Assembly (NCBI GenBank): GCA_004764695.1
Contig: SMSO01000031.1
Span: forward strand, 4,688,436-4,752,435
DNA: 64,000 bases
Source: Schizochytrium sp. TIO01
Taxonomy: Eukaryota > Protista > Bigyra: Labyrinthulomycetes
Direction of reading: 5' to 3'
How positions within the stretch are numbered: position 1 is the stretch's first letter; the number at the start of each line of letters is the position of its first letter. A program made the translations under genes and the position numbers. Shown here piece after piece: positions 33,201 to 45,056 of this stretch. The notes under the pieces were generated by a model. The model was not told where the DNA came from and ran no database searches. It saw nothing but the letters and a program-made list of their open reading frames with translations.

Positions 33201-36200
33201 TCGCAATTCAATTTCACGCTGCATGGTGCGCGCCGTGCAAGGCGGTGTCCCCTACGGTGCTAGCACTGAGCCGCACAACCCCGGGAGTTCGCTTTCTTCG
33301 TGTTGATATTGACGATTGTGATATGTTGCGGGATCTTTATGAGGTAGAACGCCTTCCTACAATGAAATTCTTCCGTGGAGGAGCTACTCCTCACCACTGC
33401 CTTGCTAGTCTTGTTGGCCATGGAGAGGACTTTCACGATTCTCTCGAGAGCAGCATTCAAAAGCTTTTGACCGAGGAAGAGCGCACAGCGGTAGACCAGT
33501 TCCGGAAGGATCAGGGTCGAAACCGCGAGGAACTGGCGGAATCTATGAGTGAACATTCTGATGAGGCAAGCTCTTCCAACACAAAGTATAAGGAGCTAGA
33601 GGAGGAGAATGAGGTCATGCATCTCGGTACGGATGCTGAAGAGCTAAGTACTCTTGCACAAGCACCGTTAGCTTGCATGGAAAAGTATCTTCTTTCTTCA
33701 ACTCGTGAAGAAATTGGACTATCTACAATCAATGATACGATTCCTTTCCGTGTTCAGAATCACGAGGCTGCCGGAAATGCAGTGGCAAAGTCGATGCTTC
33801 GTCGTATGGAGGATGATGTACGCTCATGGTCCCAAACTGCAAACGCGAGCTCTACAATTGGCTTAAAGGTTCTTCCGCGCCAACTTTTGACTGATTTCTG
33901 TCGACAAGAAGGTGATGTAAAGACAATTGAGGCTGCTGTAGAGGGCTTGTCCACTATGATCGCTGAATTACGAACCCTGCGCGAAAAAGATGCCAAGGTT
34001 GTAGAAAAGATGTTGCCGTTGCTTACGGAGGCCGCCAACTATATTCAAGTTGGTGGGAGCTCTGAAATTTCATCGCGATTGGACCGAATTACACATTTGC
34101 TCCGTCGCGAATCAGGCCAGGAAACATACATCTGGATCGAATTTCTCTTTGGCGCTCTCCTTTCAACAAAGGCTGAAGAGGACATCCAGCGTCTTAACCC
34201 GTATTTGTCATCCGAGAACGTCCAAACTTTGCTACGCATTGTTGCAATTGTACTTTTGCGTGCTAACCGAATTGGCCACACGAATCGCTGCGTGGGCTTG
34301 GGTATCCGTTTACGTGCTCAGCTTCGCAAGTTGCTTGAGCTCCCACCTGAGATGCGAAATGCTCGTCGTCATGAGCTTGTGCTTTCTTTGTCTCAGATGA
34401 GTGAGTCTCTTGGCGAGGCATTGTCCGACGGCCGTCACTACGTGAATTCGCAAGACATGACATTTGATCCGCGATACTTGCTCTTTGAGTTCACATGGAA
34501 TTTGCTTCTTCGCAGAAAGCAGGTCGAAATTGTGGACATGTTCATGGATAATCTTGATAAAGATATCAGCAAGGTCAAACAAATGATTATGGGAGCTGGT
34601 AAAACCACAGTGGTTGCGCCATTGCTGGCTCTCATGCTTGCAGACGGCAAAAGTCTCGTCATGAGTGTTGTGCCAAAGGCTTTGCTTGAAATGTCACGTA
34701 CCCGCATGCGTGAAACATTTGCTACAATTATGCAGAAACGCATCTACACGTTGCAATTTGATCGCAGTACCACTGTGCACCCTTCAATGAGACGAGGACT
34801 GGAGAATGCTGTGCGCAATCGTGGTATTGTTGTGGCAACTCCTACAACTGTTAAAAGTGTGATGCTCGCTTATGTGGAGACTCTGAACAAGATTACTCTT
34901 GCCAAGGAACAAGGTGTAAGCTTGCGCACAGCTGCGGCTGCGTTAGGCGAACCCTCCGCACGAGTAGGTAAACAACAAAAGATTGAGGCAGCGCAGAACT
35001 CAGATAACGATGCGAAGAGCGACTCAAAAGATTCTGCAAATGGAACTGTTGTTTTGAGTCTCGACGAGCAAGCAAGTGAGTTGCAAAAGATTTTGGCTAT
35101 TTTTCGCAAGGGCTCAATCTTACTAGACGAAGTTGACCTTATTCTACACCCTCTCAAGAGTGAGCTGAACTTTCCCATGGGAGAAAAGTTTCGACCTTGA
35201 CGCTTCTCAGCAAGGAGAGCGCTGGAGCCTGCCCACTCACTTGCTTGATGCCATCTTTTTCACAGAACGTGGCAAAGTTTCAACTTTTGAGCAGCGTGGC
35301 CAGGCGCTTGATATTCTTAAGCGTCTTAGTATCAGCATTGACGAAGGTTATTCCCGCCGGGCATTGCAAAAGCTTCCGCATATCACACTGCTGAATATTT
35401 CATTTTATCAGCAGGAACTGCGACCAATTTTAGCAGAATGGGCATATCTGTGGCTGCAAAAGCATCATCTGCATGGAATTGATCATGCTGAGGCTATTCG
35501 TTATATTGTGGATGGTGGAGAACCTCGCTCCCATGCACAACTGCGTCTGGAAGGTCTTGAGAAGTCTTCTCTTGACGATGAAATTGCTCGAGTAACCACT
35601 GAGCAGGCTCGCAATACCTGGCAGCTCACAAATGATCTGTATAGCGTGGAAACAGACCTCGCGGAACATATTTCGCGAAGTGGAGAATTACTTGGTCAGA
35701 TTCAACAACGTATTGCACGGTTGACGAAGCAGGTAGATGAGGCACAGTATCCACGTGATGACTCATTGGACAATAATATTATTGTCTGGCTCTCAGTTGC
35801 TTTTGAGATGCAGCAATCTACATCCCAAGCTCTCCACCAAGGTTCAGTACTTTCCCAAAGTGCCAAATTTGAGGAAAGTGGTATGACTGTAAAGCGCTGC
35901 GAAGATGAAGATGAGACTGTTCATCGTGCTAAAGACCTCTTTGTTGCGAAGCAACTTCGATGTGTGATCATTGGTGGTGATGAGTCACGTGTTGGATGCG
36001 GCCCAGACTGCGAAAATCACCACAATACTATTTGTTTGCGGTGCAACAAGGACTGGGGTGGGCACGCTGGGCATAACTGCAATCACGGCTCTGGCCGAGG
36101 AAGCTTCCCACCTGAAGATGCTGAAGAAGTGTACAATGTTGTGGATATCGTCACTGATCTTGTCGAAGGTGAGCGTACTATCAAGGTACCTGCGGAGCGC

Positions 36201-39200
36201 ATTCTAGTTTTCAGTGCTCACAGTAGTGTAGACGAAGAAGATCGTATGACACTTTGGGAGATGGGTGTTACTGTTGTTGATTCAACCGAAGATCTCGTAA
36301 AGATCGTAGAGGAAATTCAGGACTACGACCGTGCTAACAAGTCGCATAGTCAACACACTGGTGAAGAGGATGATCTTGGCGAAGAGGTCGAAGAAAAGGA
36401 AGCAAGTATATCTGAGACGGGCGAGGCTACATCCAGCTTTTCTGAGGATGACGACCCTGATGTAATCTTCTTGCGGGATACTTTAGGCCGTGATGCAGAG
36501 GGTCGTAGGCTTGACTGCGACAGCAGCAAAAAGGATATGAAGGAGAAAGACAACTTAGAACTTTCTGATATCACACCTCCTGCTCCTTTGGTTCGCGTTC
36601 CTAGTTCAGGTTCTAAGACGTTGCAGATGCTGCGCCGTCGTCTGGAAGCCTTTGAGCGAGCTAAAAGTGAGATTACAGATGATGACGAGGAGGTGCGGCA
36701 ACAATTTCGTGAGCGAATTTCGGCTACTCGTGCAAAACTCGAATACGAGCTTGATGCTATTCGTACTGAGACCAAGGTTGCTTTGCAACGCATCCCAGAA
36801 CATCTATTAGATGATGCGCTTGCGACTGCTGGAAAAGGCAAGCTAGACTCCGAAGAAGACTTCATCCACCCACGTTCACTTGGTGTACGCCGAGCGCGGG
36901 CGCTTGCTTGGTTGGATCGTGTTGCACCAGCTTCAACATCCGGTAAACGTATCATTAAATCTGCAAAGGCTCCTGTTGAAGGTTCGCACGAGGTTGCCGC
37001 CTCGGCTGATGAGAAGGAAGCTGCTCTTGAGGCCTATTATACCTTCAAGACCGAGCTGAAATTCTTTGATCGTCAAAGTTTGGCAGCTAAGATTGTTGCC
37101 AGGGTATCTCCACAGCACAAAAAGCTTCTAAATCTTACTCGTGACTGGTTGCGAACTTTTCTGCCTCATTGTTTGGCGAAGGTCAACCGGGTCTCATTTG
37201 GACTTCTTAATGAAGAAGACTGTAAGCGTGCTCTGGAAGAGGATCCATTGATGCCTCGATCTCGTCTAAAGCTTGCGGTCCCTTTTGTCGGTAAGGATGT
37301 ACCAAGTTCAAGTTCGGAGTTTGCCCATCCTGATATCACAATTGGTTTAACAATTTTGGGCTACCGCTACAGTGGCTTACGCGAGTCCGACTTTGAGACA
37401 GTAGTAGATGAAATTACAACTGAATTCGCTAGGGAAATTGGTCCCGCGCGGGAACGCAAGTCTAGTCAGCGATACGAACAGTGGGTGAATGAGTCAGGTG
37501 GTACCTTGCGTGGAGTTCGCGACATCACAACTTCGACCCCGGCCAATGGAGGTGGGTCAGCCCTTGGCTCAGCATCCCCAGCTTCTAGCTTTCCGACGAG
37601 ACGCATTCCGGATTCCCAAGGAACTTCGGCATCTGCAGTTGTTGCTGCAAGCCGCGATCGGATGGACGCAGAGGAGCGTGAGGTAGTGCAACTCAAATAT
37701 CTGCAGAAAAGCAATCGTGAGCAAATGCAAAAACTCTATAAGCTGTGGAAGTTTGAGCCACTTGTGATTCACCATTACCTCAGTCATACTGTTTTACCTG
37801 CTCATATGCGGTCTCAAAAGGTGAAAATCTCTGCTTCTGGCCAAGCCGTGGGTGGAGAAATGCTCTTTGGGCGCCGTGTTGGGTTTAGTGGTACTCCAAG
37901 CGACTTGTTACCAAAGGAACTTGGACGTTGTGACTACGAGACAGGTGATGATGGAAAGATGTTAAGCACTGTCTTGGACCCTGACACTACTGGCTATGAG
38001 TACATAAAGTCGAACTGGAATGTCGAGGATTTGCTGAAGGGCATTGCTCAGGCAGAATCTCCGCGTTACCATGCTTTGATCGATACAGGCGCCTTGATCA
38101 CTGGTTACACAAACAAGCAGGTAGCCCAGACGTTACTCGATCTCGGTCTGCCTTGGTGTGACGGTGTAGTGTTTCTTGACGATGATGACAAGCAGCAGGT
38201 TCTTGTACGTGCTACAGGCCGTGTGATCAGCGCAGACCAATGTGGTGTTCCTTTGGAGCGGCGTTTTGCATTCTACGATCAGATTCATACCACCGGAATG
38301 GATATCAAACACGTTGTCAATGCACGTGCTGTAATTACACTTGGTAAGGATATGGTCTTCCGCGACTATGTCCAGGGCGCCTTCCGTATGCGTGGTATTG
38401 GAAAGGGCCAAACCATTTGTGCGTACATCATTCCCGAAGTGCAAGAGCTTATGAAACGCGAGCTTCTTGCAGCAGGAGTTTCTGAAGGATCATATTCTCA
38501 TACTGGTGAAGACAAAACCTTAGTAGATATTGTTGCTTGGCTCGTGATCAACTCGATGCGCTCTGAGCAAGTGCAGTGGAGCATGCTTTGCATGCAGAAC
38601 ATTTCCAATGTTTATCGGAAAAACGCACTTAAACAGCTTATGCGGGATGAGGCAGTAAAACTCGACACAGCTCTGGACTCACGACCTGCGCTTGAGGTGT
38701 TCAGGGAAACTGTAGACTTTGCGCTCGAGGGTAATGTTCCAGATCCCTTGCCTTTCTCTAAGCGTCTCGAAAATATGATCGAGCACCATCGTGAGTTCAT
38801 CATTAACGACGTCGAAGAGAAGATTGGCCAAGATGTTCTCCATGAGGTGCAAAAGTATTCTGGATCATCTGAGGAAACTTCCGCACAAAAACTTGAATCA
38901 GAGCAGGAGCGCGAACAGGAGCAGGAACAAGAGAAGGAGGTGCGCGCAAAACGCGAGCAGCAAATTGAGGTGGAGAAGTTTGTCGACCGCGAGTACTCTC
39001 GTGCTGATGAAATTCCCCGCTCATGGCCTTTCCGTTTACTCTCTCGTGATCCTGCACGAGTAAAAAGCTCAAAGAGGTTGACCGGTAAGGAGCGTGCAGC
39101 AGCTTCTGCCGCTGCTGTGGACGAAGATTATCCCTTTTTCCCACTCTCAGATTTCAAGCTTCGTCATCAAGAGCCACTTGAGTATCCTGACTTTATGTAC

Positions 39201-42200
39201 TTCTCACGGAATTACTTTAACCCAAGCTGGAATGGCTTACGGCGAGTGAAGAATGTTATCATGGTGCTCGAGTGGGCTCCGTCTGTCGCAAAGGTCCGAA
39301 ATCTGGGACCAGAGGAGTGTGCAGAGATGCATCCTATCCAAGGGGACGCAAAACGCTCATTGAAGAAAGCATATGAGTTACTTTCGGTGCGCACAGGTGA
39401 GCTTGGTCCAGAAGATGTTATGCAAGCTGTTTGGGCAGCCACTGATGTCCGTCTCAGCGAAGTGGATGTTGCAGACATCATTGCCGAATATGGCACAGAA
39501 CGCAACAGCCTAACGTTAGATGGCTTGCAACGCTTGCTTACGCGTGGTCGTCTGCGCTCTGTCGAGCACGGCCGGAATTATGTTGTTGTGTCATTAGCCG
39601 AGGCTGAGACTATTCGTCGTATCTTGCATTTACGTGCAGCTCAAGGGGAAGCTCTGATTTCGGGTAGCGACACCGAGATTGCTTTGCGGTATTCCCCAAT
39701 GTCTACAATGGGCTCTTCCGAAAGCTCGAAGAAGAAAGCTGTTCAAGATGACACACATGTTCTTGAGGATAGTAGTCTTGATGGGCTCGACGAAGCTCTT
39801 ACCTTGAGTGGAGCTTCAAAATCAACGCAGCTTCGGGACGCTCGGAACAGTTCACGCGCAAAGCAATCGCTTGCTGAGTACGGCATGGTCCTTGATGCTT
39901 CTAAGCACTGGCGTGCCGCAGATGGCGTGTCTTTCGACACCTTGGCTCCGAGTTTTCAGGCAGCGATTGCTCATACGTGCGCTCGGTTTTTGGATTGCAA
40001 CATGCATTTCCGATCTATGGATCTAAATGTGTTGCTGTGTGCTTTGCAGAGAAACTCCACGCACTCTCGGGAGCTGTTCTTCTTGCAGACCATGGGTTGC
40101 AAGCGACGAATGGACCGTAAATGGAACGATACACCACTGGCCAAGGTCTTCTCCGTTCCTGATGAATGGTGTGCCTTCAAGCAACGTGCCCAGGCAGTGT
40201 TTGTTCGTGAGGCAATTCGCAATAAGCGTTTGACTGAGTGGGAAGCATTTACTGCTTTTGATTCGGATGACAACGGTTTGCTTAGCCCAGCCGAATTCTA
40301 TGGTGCATTGCGCTGGCTCGGTGTTCCAAACTTGACTCCGAATGATGTGATCGACATGTTTGAGGTTGCTGACCGGAACCACGATGGTCTCATTGACTAT
40401 AAGGAGTACATCGTCTTCCTTCAAGGCGAAGAGGAAAGTGAAGCAGCTGACGAAGATGAGGAAGATCACGAGCAGGCATCACAAATCGATGGTTCTATGC
40501 CTCATGCCAAGCCATTGGTAGAACCTTATGGTGCCGATCTTCTGCGCGAGGTAATTGTACAACGTGCTCGTGATGAATTGAAACGACAAGAGGAGGAGCG
40601 AATTCGCCGTGAGGCTTACAATCGTGCGTTTGATATTAAGATATTTGAAGAAGAATTAGAGGCAAGCAAGTCTCGTGAAGGTGGTGCAAACCCGTTGCTG
40701 AGCACGCTTGACTCAGGGACGCAAATCTGCGAGTATTCTTTTGTTCAAAATGAGCGTCCTCTTCGTATGACCTCAACAGGACATAGCAAATTTGTCCAGG
40801 AACATACTATGTATACAACTGAGAAGGCAACGCAAGCTGCAAACAAGGTTCGTTGCCGTATGGGTCACGAATTGACTACCACATGGTACTCATGGCGGAA
40901 ATGCTGTGGATGCTCTAATCGCAATAGTGTTCGCTATGACTGCAACCATTGGCAATGTTCGTACTACCTTTGCCAACGTTGCTATTCTAGTATCTTGGAA
41001 ACCAAGAAACGCGAGCGAGAGGACTTATCAAAGCAACTATCCTTCTTTAGCTGCGCAACCGGTGGCAGTTTACTTGTTCAAGTTCCGACAGCTATTACTG
41101 AAGCTACAAAAGTTGAAATGTCGTCTTCTGAGGAGTCAAAGGCCGAGGTGTATAAGGAATTGACTACAGGACACGAGTCGGCATCAGTAAATGATGATAA
41201 CAGTGGCGAAAATGAAAAACCCGGGGCAGACGCAGTGACAACACAGGCAGCTTCCGTCTTCACATTCATGATGGATGTTCGGATCGATCGGTTGCCTGGC
41301 AAAGATGGAAGACACGCTCTCGCGAAGTTTTCTGCTAACCCTCAGAACAGGCACAACCGCAAGCGCAACAAGGCGAATGTCTACATCGATGAAACTGGAC
41401 GTGTGACCAACGGTAGCACGGCAATGCCGAAGCTTGAGGCATCTGAGGAAGCCAACTCGAAGCCAGTTGCTAATGCTGACATGTCCGTTTCTAGCCACCC
41501 TACTCTTCAGAGCGAGGGGCAACCTCTTCCTGTTGAAGATACCTCTAGCAAAGAGGTTATGGATGATGCGAAAATTTCTTTGATTGCGGATTCTAGCGAG
41601 GACAGTGTAGCCGCTGAGACCGGTACAACAAAGCCTGACCTAGAAAAGAGTGATGAGGTTGCCAGCAGTCAAAACGATGCTGGGGAATCTGAAGATCATG
41701 CATCAGAAGATGGAGAGAAGACTAAGGTTTTGCACGAGGCTTGTAAGGAGCAAGAGGAGGAAGATAGCAATGAACTTGAGGAAGAAGTCCATAACGAAAA
41801 GAAGATTAAACGTACATCTTCTAAGAAGGACAAGGCGAAGAAGAAGAAGAAGAAGAGATCGTCCAAGAAGAGCTCGGAAGACGTTGATTCTGACAATGAT
41901 GACTCTAATGATGACTCCAATGATGACGACTCGGACGACGAAGAAGAAAATGAGTCAAACAAGGCTGAGGCAACCCCTGCGAAGCCATGGCATGGTGTTG
42001 TTAAGGGTGGTACCTGGCACGTCGTTACTGTAGTAGTTGATGGAACTAAATCTACAATGACTACTTATGTAGATGGCGTGAGCTCTTGTGAATTCTCAGG
42101 GTTGAGTAAAGAGGATTTGGAGCTTCAGCATCAAGTAACCTTGTTTGGAGGGGCCCAGCAACGTGACATGCGAGGCGGCTCTGTTCGTCGTTTAATTATT

Positions 42201-42974
42201 TATAACCGCGCATTGGATGAGGAAGAGGTACAAACTCGTACTAACGAGTTGAAGGAGAAGTCGCAAAAGCGTATTCTTTGGTATCGCTCTCGCCCTGACT
42301 CAATGGACGATAAGAGCATCATGAAGTCAATTCGTGGAATTGATGTCGAAGTCAAGGTGGTTGACTCAGAGGAGGAGGCTATGGACTTTCTCAACTCTGG
42401 TAAGAGTGTATCTAGCATCGTCAGTCAGCTTTGGGCTCCTCAGTATGAAGATGATGAAGGAGTGCTTCGTTTGCCCGGGTTCAACAAAGACGGCGAAGGC
42501 AAACCGCCCGGCATCCTCTTTGCAGAAAAGGTACGCACTATCAACAAGACTGTGCCAATTGTGATGGATCTTTCTAGCCCACCCGAAAAAGCTAAGGAGT
42601 ACATTGTTGGTGAAATGGTGAAGGCTCGCTATGGAGGAGGTAGTGTATGGTATCCAGGACGAATCTCTAAGGTGCATGAGACAAAGACAAAGCGTGGAAA
42701 GGTAATTCGTTCTTATGATATTAGCTACTCTGATGGTGATTCTGAAAGCAAGGTCAAATCCAAGCTAATCAAGGTTGGACGCAAGAAGAGTAAAAGTGCA
42801 GCTCGTACGGACAACTTATATCAGTACAAGGACGAATACAACAAGGATGTGCGTCGCAAGGCTATTCGTCTGTACGCCCACAAGGAGCAAGCAGAGGAAT
42901 TGATATGCAGTACCATTTCTTTGCGCACCCGCCCTGATACATCTGCTCAACAAGATAAAACACCTAAAAGGTGA
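18257..42974 (+). CDS. Giant (~8,240 aa) multidomain DUF3638/DUF3645 helicase-like P-loop ATPase; one gene split by a +1 frameshift at 35189-35192
   Basis: ORFs 18233-35200 and 35241-42974 join on skipping one base (GEK-F-DLDASQQGERWSLP). DUF3638-type motifs FDPRYLLFEF, MIMGAGKTT (Walker A, 34592-34606), LLDEVDLIL (Walker B, ~35126). DUF3645-type LAVPFVGKDVPSSSSEFAHPD (~37260-37370). Later motifs GFSGTP, ALIDTGALITG, YDQIHTTGMD, QGAFRMR, EQEREQEQEQE. Confidence 0.85.
21530..21757 (+). other. Integral ubiquitin-like domain in giant protein
   Basis: IKVKHTL...VSQIFALIEDKTGVPASKQRLIFLGKMLDSSKTLESYKL...VIHLAV; no terminal di-Gly. Confidence 0.85.
22748..22903 (+). other. Tudor-like domain 1 (further copies ~27059-27220, weaker, and ~42600-42775)
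   Basis: GQRVRVRF...WYNGTVSRLNDDGTYFVVYDDGDTE; C-terminal copy GEMVKARYGGGSVWYPGRISKV...YDISYSDGDSE. Confidence 0.75.
29190..29455 (+). other. Thioredoxin-like domain 1, non-canonical active site (WKPTC)
   Basis: VVACFHVTWKPTC...AFVSIRAD...IKTFPTFVLMRGGEEI follows the Trx fold pattern including the cis-Pro loop (FPT). Confidence 0.7.
29750..31330 (+). other. SPRY-like domain interrupted by WWE (~29858-30115) and SAM (~30830-31000) domains
   Basis: SPRY segments GSVGFVPFSGVHEWTI, AVGLC, LCANGKLYHHG, GSQITCILN...LRFQIDG...VYPVVSL; WWE WEWSLEYDGRNWSKFPADQNKEIE; SAM KILADFGLEKFAEKLFDAGYTSFESL...KIRKAF. Confidence 0.65.
32080..32310 (+). other. WWE domain 2
   Basis: VWMYQLDNRWLRYEPEVCEKLERARRSG...MRVRR matches the W-W-E spacing and terminal R-x-RR. 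Confidence 0.7.
32516..32612 (+). repeat. Coding 9-nt tandem repeat (TTTGGYGGC)n encoding (FGG)7-FG-DWGGWGGWG
   Basis: Directly visible in sequence and translation. Confidence 0.95.
33130..33460 (+). other. Thioredoxin domain 2 with intact CxxC (WCAPC, 33224-33238)
   Basis: LVAIQFHAAWCAPCKAVSP...VRFLRVDIDDC...VERLPTMKFFR. Confidence 0.9.
40255..40420 (+). other. EF-hand pair
   Basis: Canonical 12-residue loops DSDDNGLLSPAE and DRNHDGLIDYKE. Confidence 0.9.
40854..40985 (+). other. Cys/His zinc finger (DC1/ZZ-like); a second Cys/His cluster at ~35997-36080
   Basis: CRMGHEL...CCGC...YDCNHWQCSYYLCQRC; CGPDCENHHNTICLRCNKDWGGHAGHNC. Confidence 0.65.
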
Positions 42975-43556
42975 TCAACCAATTATGAGATTTTAAACAG
43001 CAAATTCATATTTCAATGTTATAAAAATCTTTTTTGATGTTTTCTTGACATTTTGTCCCACACGTGTTGAATTAATGAGGATACGTGATGGCAGCTCGCA
43101 ATTCCATATTGATTTTGGACCTTTCGATCGCATTTTTAGCCCATTTGCACTTTCTCAACTTAATAGATTTCTTTCAATAACGCTAGCTAGAAGGCAACCT
43201 CACGATATTAGCCTCTGGATGATTTTTAAATGCATGTATACAATCTTTCCCTTCAAATACCGTACTATTGCAGCTCTTATTCAGTATTTGTTGTCTCAGA
43301 ACATAGAAGTATCGAATATGTTAGAATTGATTATGAAAGTTCACTCCTTGCCTTCAGTACACAGGTCGGGTAGTAAGACAAAAATGTTATGATTGATTTT
43401 TTATTTTTTTTTAATAATCATAAATATACATATATCATGATACCTCGAAAAGGTATTTTTATAATAAAAATGCGCTAAGCAACGGCTAATTTTTTTCGAT
43501 AGGCCCCCATTTTCTCAAGCTTATCATCAATCGACTCATGTCAAATCTCTAAAGAT

Positions 43557-44780
43557 ATGTGGCTGAGGCGTAAGGGATCACAAGTTCATCGTGAGCATCC
43601 AGGAAGAGCTGAGCCTGATGATTGCCACAATACTGGTCGTGAACAGCAAGAAGAGGAGTTGAAGCATTCCTATCTTGTGTCTGTAACACCAGCGTCTAAG
43701 AACCCCGTGAAAGTAGAGAAAAAAGGGAAGAGAAGCCAACAATGGCAGAAGAAGAAGAAAGACGAGAAGAAGTCTGCGTTGAGGAAAGAAAGACCGAATT
43801 TACAAGGGGAGGGGGGGTCGACTGCACCGGAGCTAGTTAAAAACCATTGTGCAGAGAACGAGAAACAACGAATCCGTCGTCGTAGGCAAAGAATCTCACG
43901 AGAGGTGGTTCTACGAAAGGCTCTACGTCAAACCCGACGTCCTTCTATTCCAAAACCCCATCCACAGTATAACAATGATGATCAAGAGGAAGCTCTACTT
44001 CAGATGCTTGAAGCAAAAGCAAAGATTGATCGAAAGAAAACTAATCGAAGTAATAGGTACGAACGAGACGATGAAGATAGTGACGACAGTGATGGAGCTA
44101 TTGAAGATTTGTGGAATTTATTTCCACGATTCAGACCACCTCCAAGCCGAGCAGAAAAAGAAATACTTGCACAGTCCTTTCTAGCAAAACTGCACGCTTT
44201 TCAAGACATTAAATCCAAACAAAAGACTGTAGAAGAGCGTATAGAGAAAGTATTCTTGTGCTCTGCGACTGTCGATGTGACAAGTCAAAATCGACCTGAT
44301 TTTTCGACAAACTTTCCCAAAGAGACCACATTGGGATCTCTAGATAACGAGAAGTCTGTGTTTGAAGTTAACAGTGATGACGATAGTGAAAGAGAGGACA
44401 ATGGGTCAATTTCATCTTTTCAACGACCACCAATTTTGAAGAAATATAGATGCGAAAGCTTATTGCGTTGTCCCTACTGTATTGGAAAAGGATGTTGGTG
44501 CCCGTTCCATTCCAGATCGAAAGGCAATGCGTATAGTACACTGAAAAGGTTCCCTCCGCGGGACGTGGCATTACCAGAACCAGATTTCAATGAAGACGAC
44601 AAAGACTCAAATGTGTTGGGGTCATTATCGGCTTCTATGGGGCCTCCATTGCCGCAAAGCCGTACAGTAAAGACCAAAGAGATTGAAGATGCTTCGGGAG
44701 GTCTTGCGCAAGACCACGATGGGGAATTTCTATCTTTTAACCAATTCCGAGAACAGGTTCGAAAAGAAGACCGTTTATAA
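43557..44780 (+). CDS. Hypothetical charged/disordered protein with small Cys/His cluster
   Basis: 407-aa ATG ORF; basic NLS-like runs; CESLLRCPYCIGKGCWCPFH. Confidence 0.6.
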   Translation: MWLRRKGSQVHREHPGRAEPDDCHNTGREQQEEELKHSYLVSVTPASKNPVKVEKKGKRSQQWQKKKKDEKKSALRKERPNLQGEGGSTAPELVKNHCAENEKQRIRRRRQRISREVVLRKALRQTRRPSIPKPHPQYNNDDQEEALLQMLEAKAKIDRKKTNRSNRYERDDEDSDDSDGAIEDLWNLFPRFRPPPSRAEKEILAQSFLAKLHAFQDIKSKQKTVEERIEKVFLCSATVDVTSQNRPDFSTNFPKETTLGSLDNEKSVFEVNSDDDSEREDNGSISSFQRPPILKKYRCESLLRCPYCIGKGCWCPFHSRSKGNAYSTLKRFPPRDVALPEPDFNEDDKDSNVLGSLSASMGPPLPQSRTVKTKEIEDASGGLAQDHDGEFLSFNQFREQVRKEDRL

Positions 44781-45056
44781 AAACATGAACGTAATTTGTA
44801 AATATTTATAATTTGCCTTAAAGCATGCGGAAACAACGATCCTGAAACTTCAAAGGAGTTATGCGAGATGTAATCAGTTTATCTTGTTGGAGAGATGAAG
44901 ATGGAGATCAGAGAGAGCCTGCTTGACGATTTACATTATAAAAGTGTAGGATTCAATCTTAACATAACTAAGTAAGAAAGAGCATTAGTTGACATGCTAG
45001 AAGATTTATGAGCAAGCAGTATGACAAGATGAGGAACGAAGACATATATTCCAACA

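Noticed and set aside
35188-35227. A small intron explaining the giant-gene frameshift
   Set aside because: The nearest frame-restoring GT-AG from 35188 is 40 nt with a poor donor (GTTTCG) and a GAG acceptor, and it would delete the RW motif. The neat CAG at 35210 gives the wrong phase.
35197-35243. Treating 18233-35200 and 35241-42974 as two genes
   Set aside because: The second ORF begins at TTG mid-domain, and a 1-nt shift yields a continuous ATPase core (ELNFPMGEKFDLDASQQGERW).
18564-42677. Numerous antisense and alternate-frame ORFs inside the giant gene, and likewise in other genes (e.g. 493-1485, 48810-49658)
   Set aside because: Typical shadow ORFs caused by codon bias of the true strand (Ser-rich mirrors of Asp/Glu runs).
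18257-42974. Calling the giant protein an active deubiquitinase, or a transposon or viral gene
   Set aside because: No intact catalytic triad was identified, and no transposase, RT, capsid or terminal repeats flank it.
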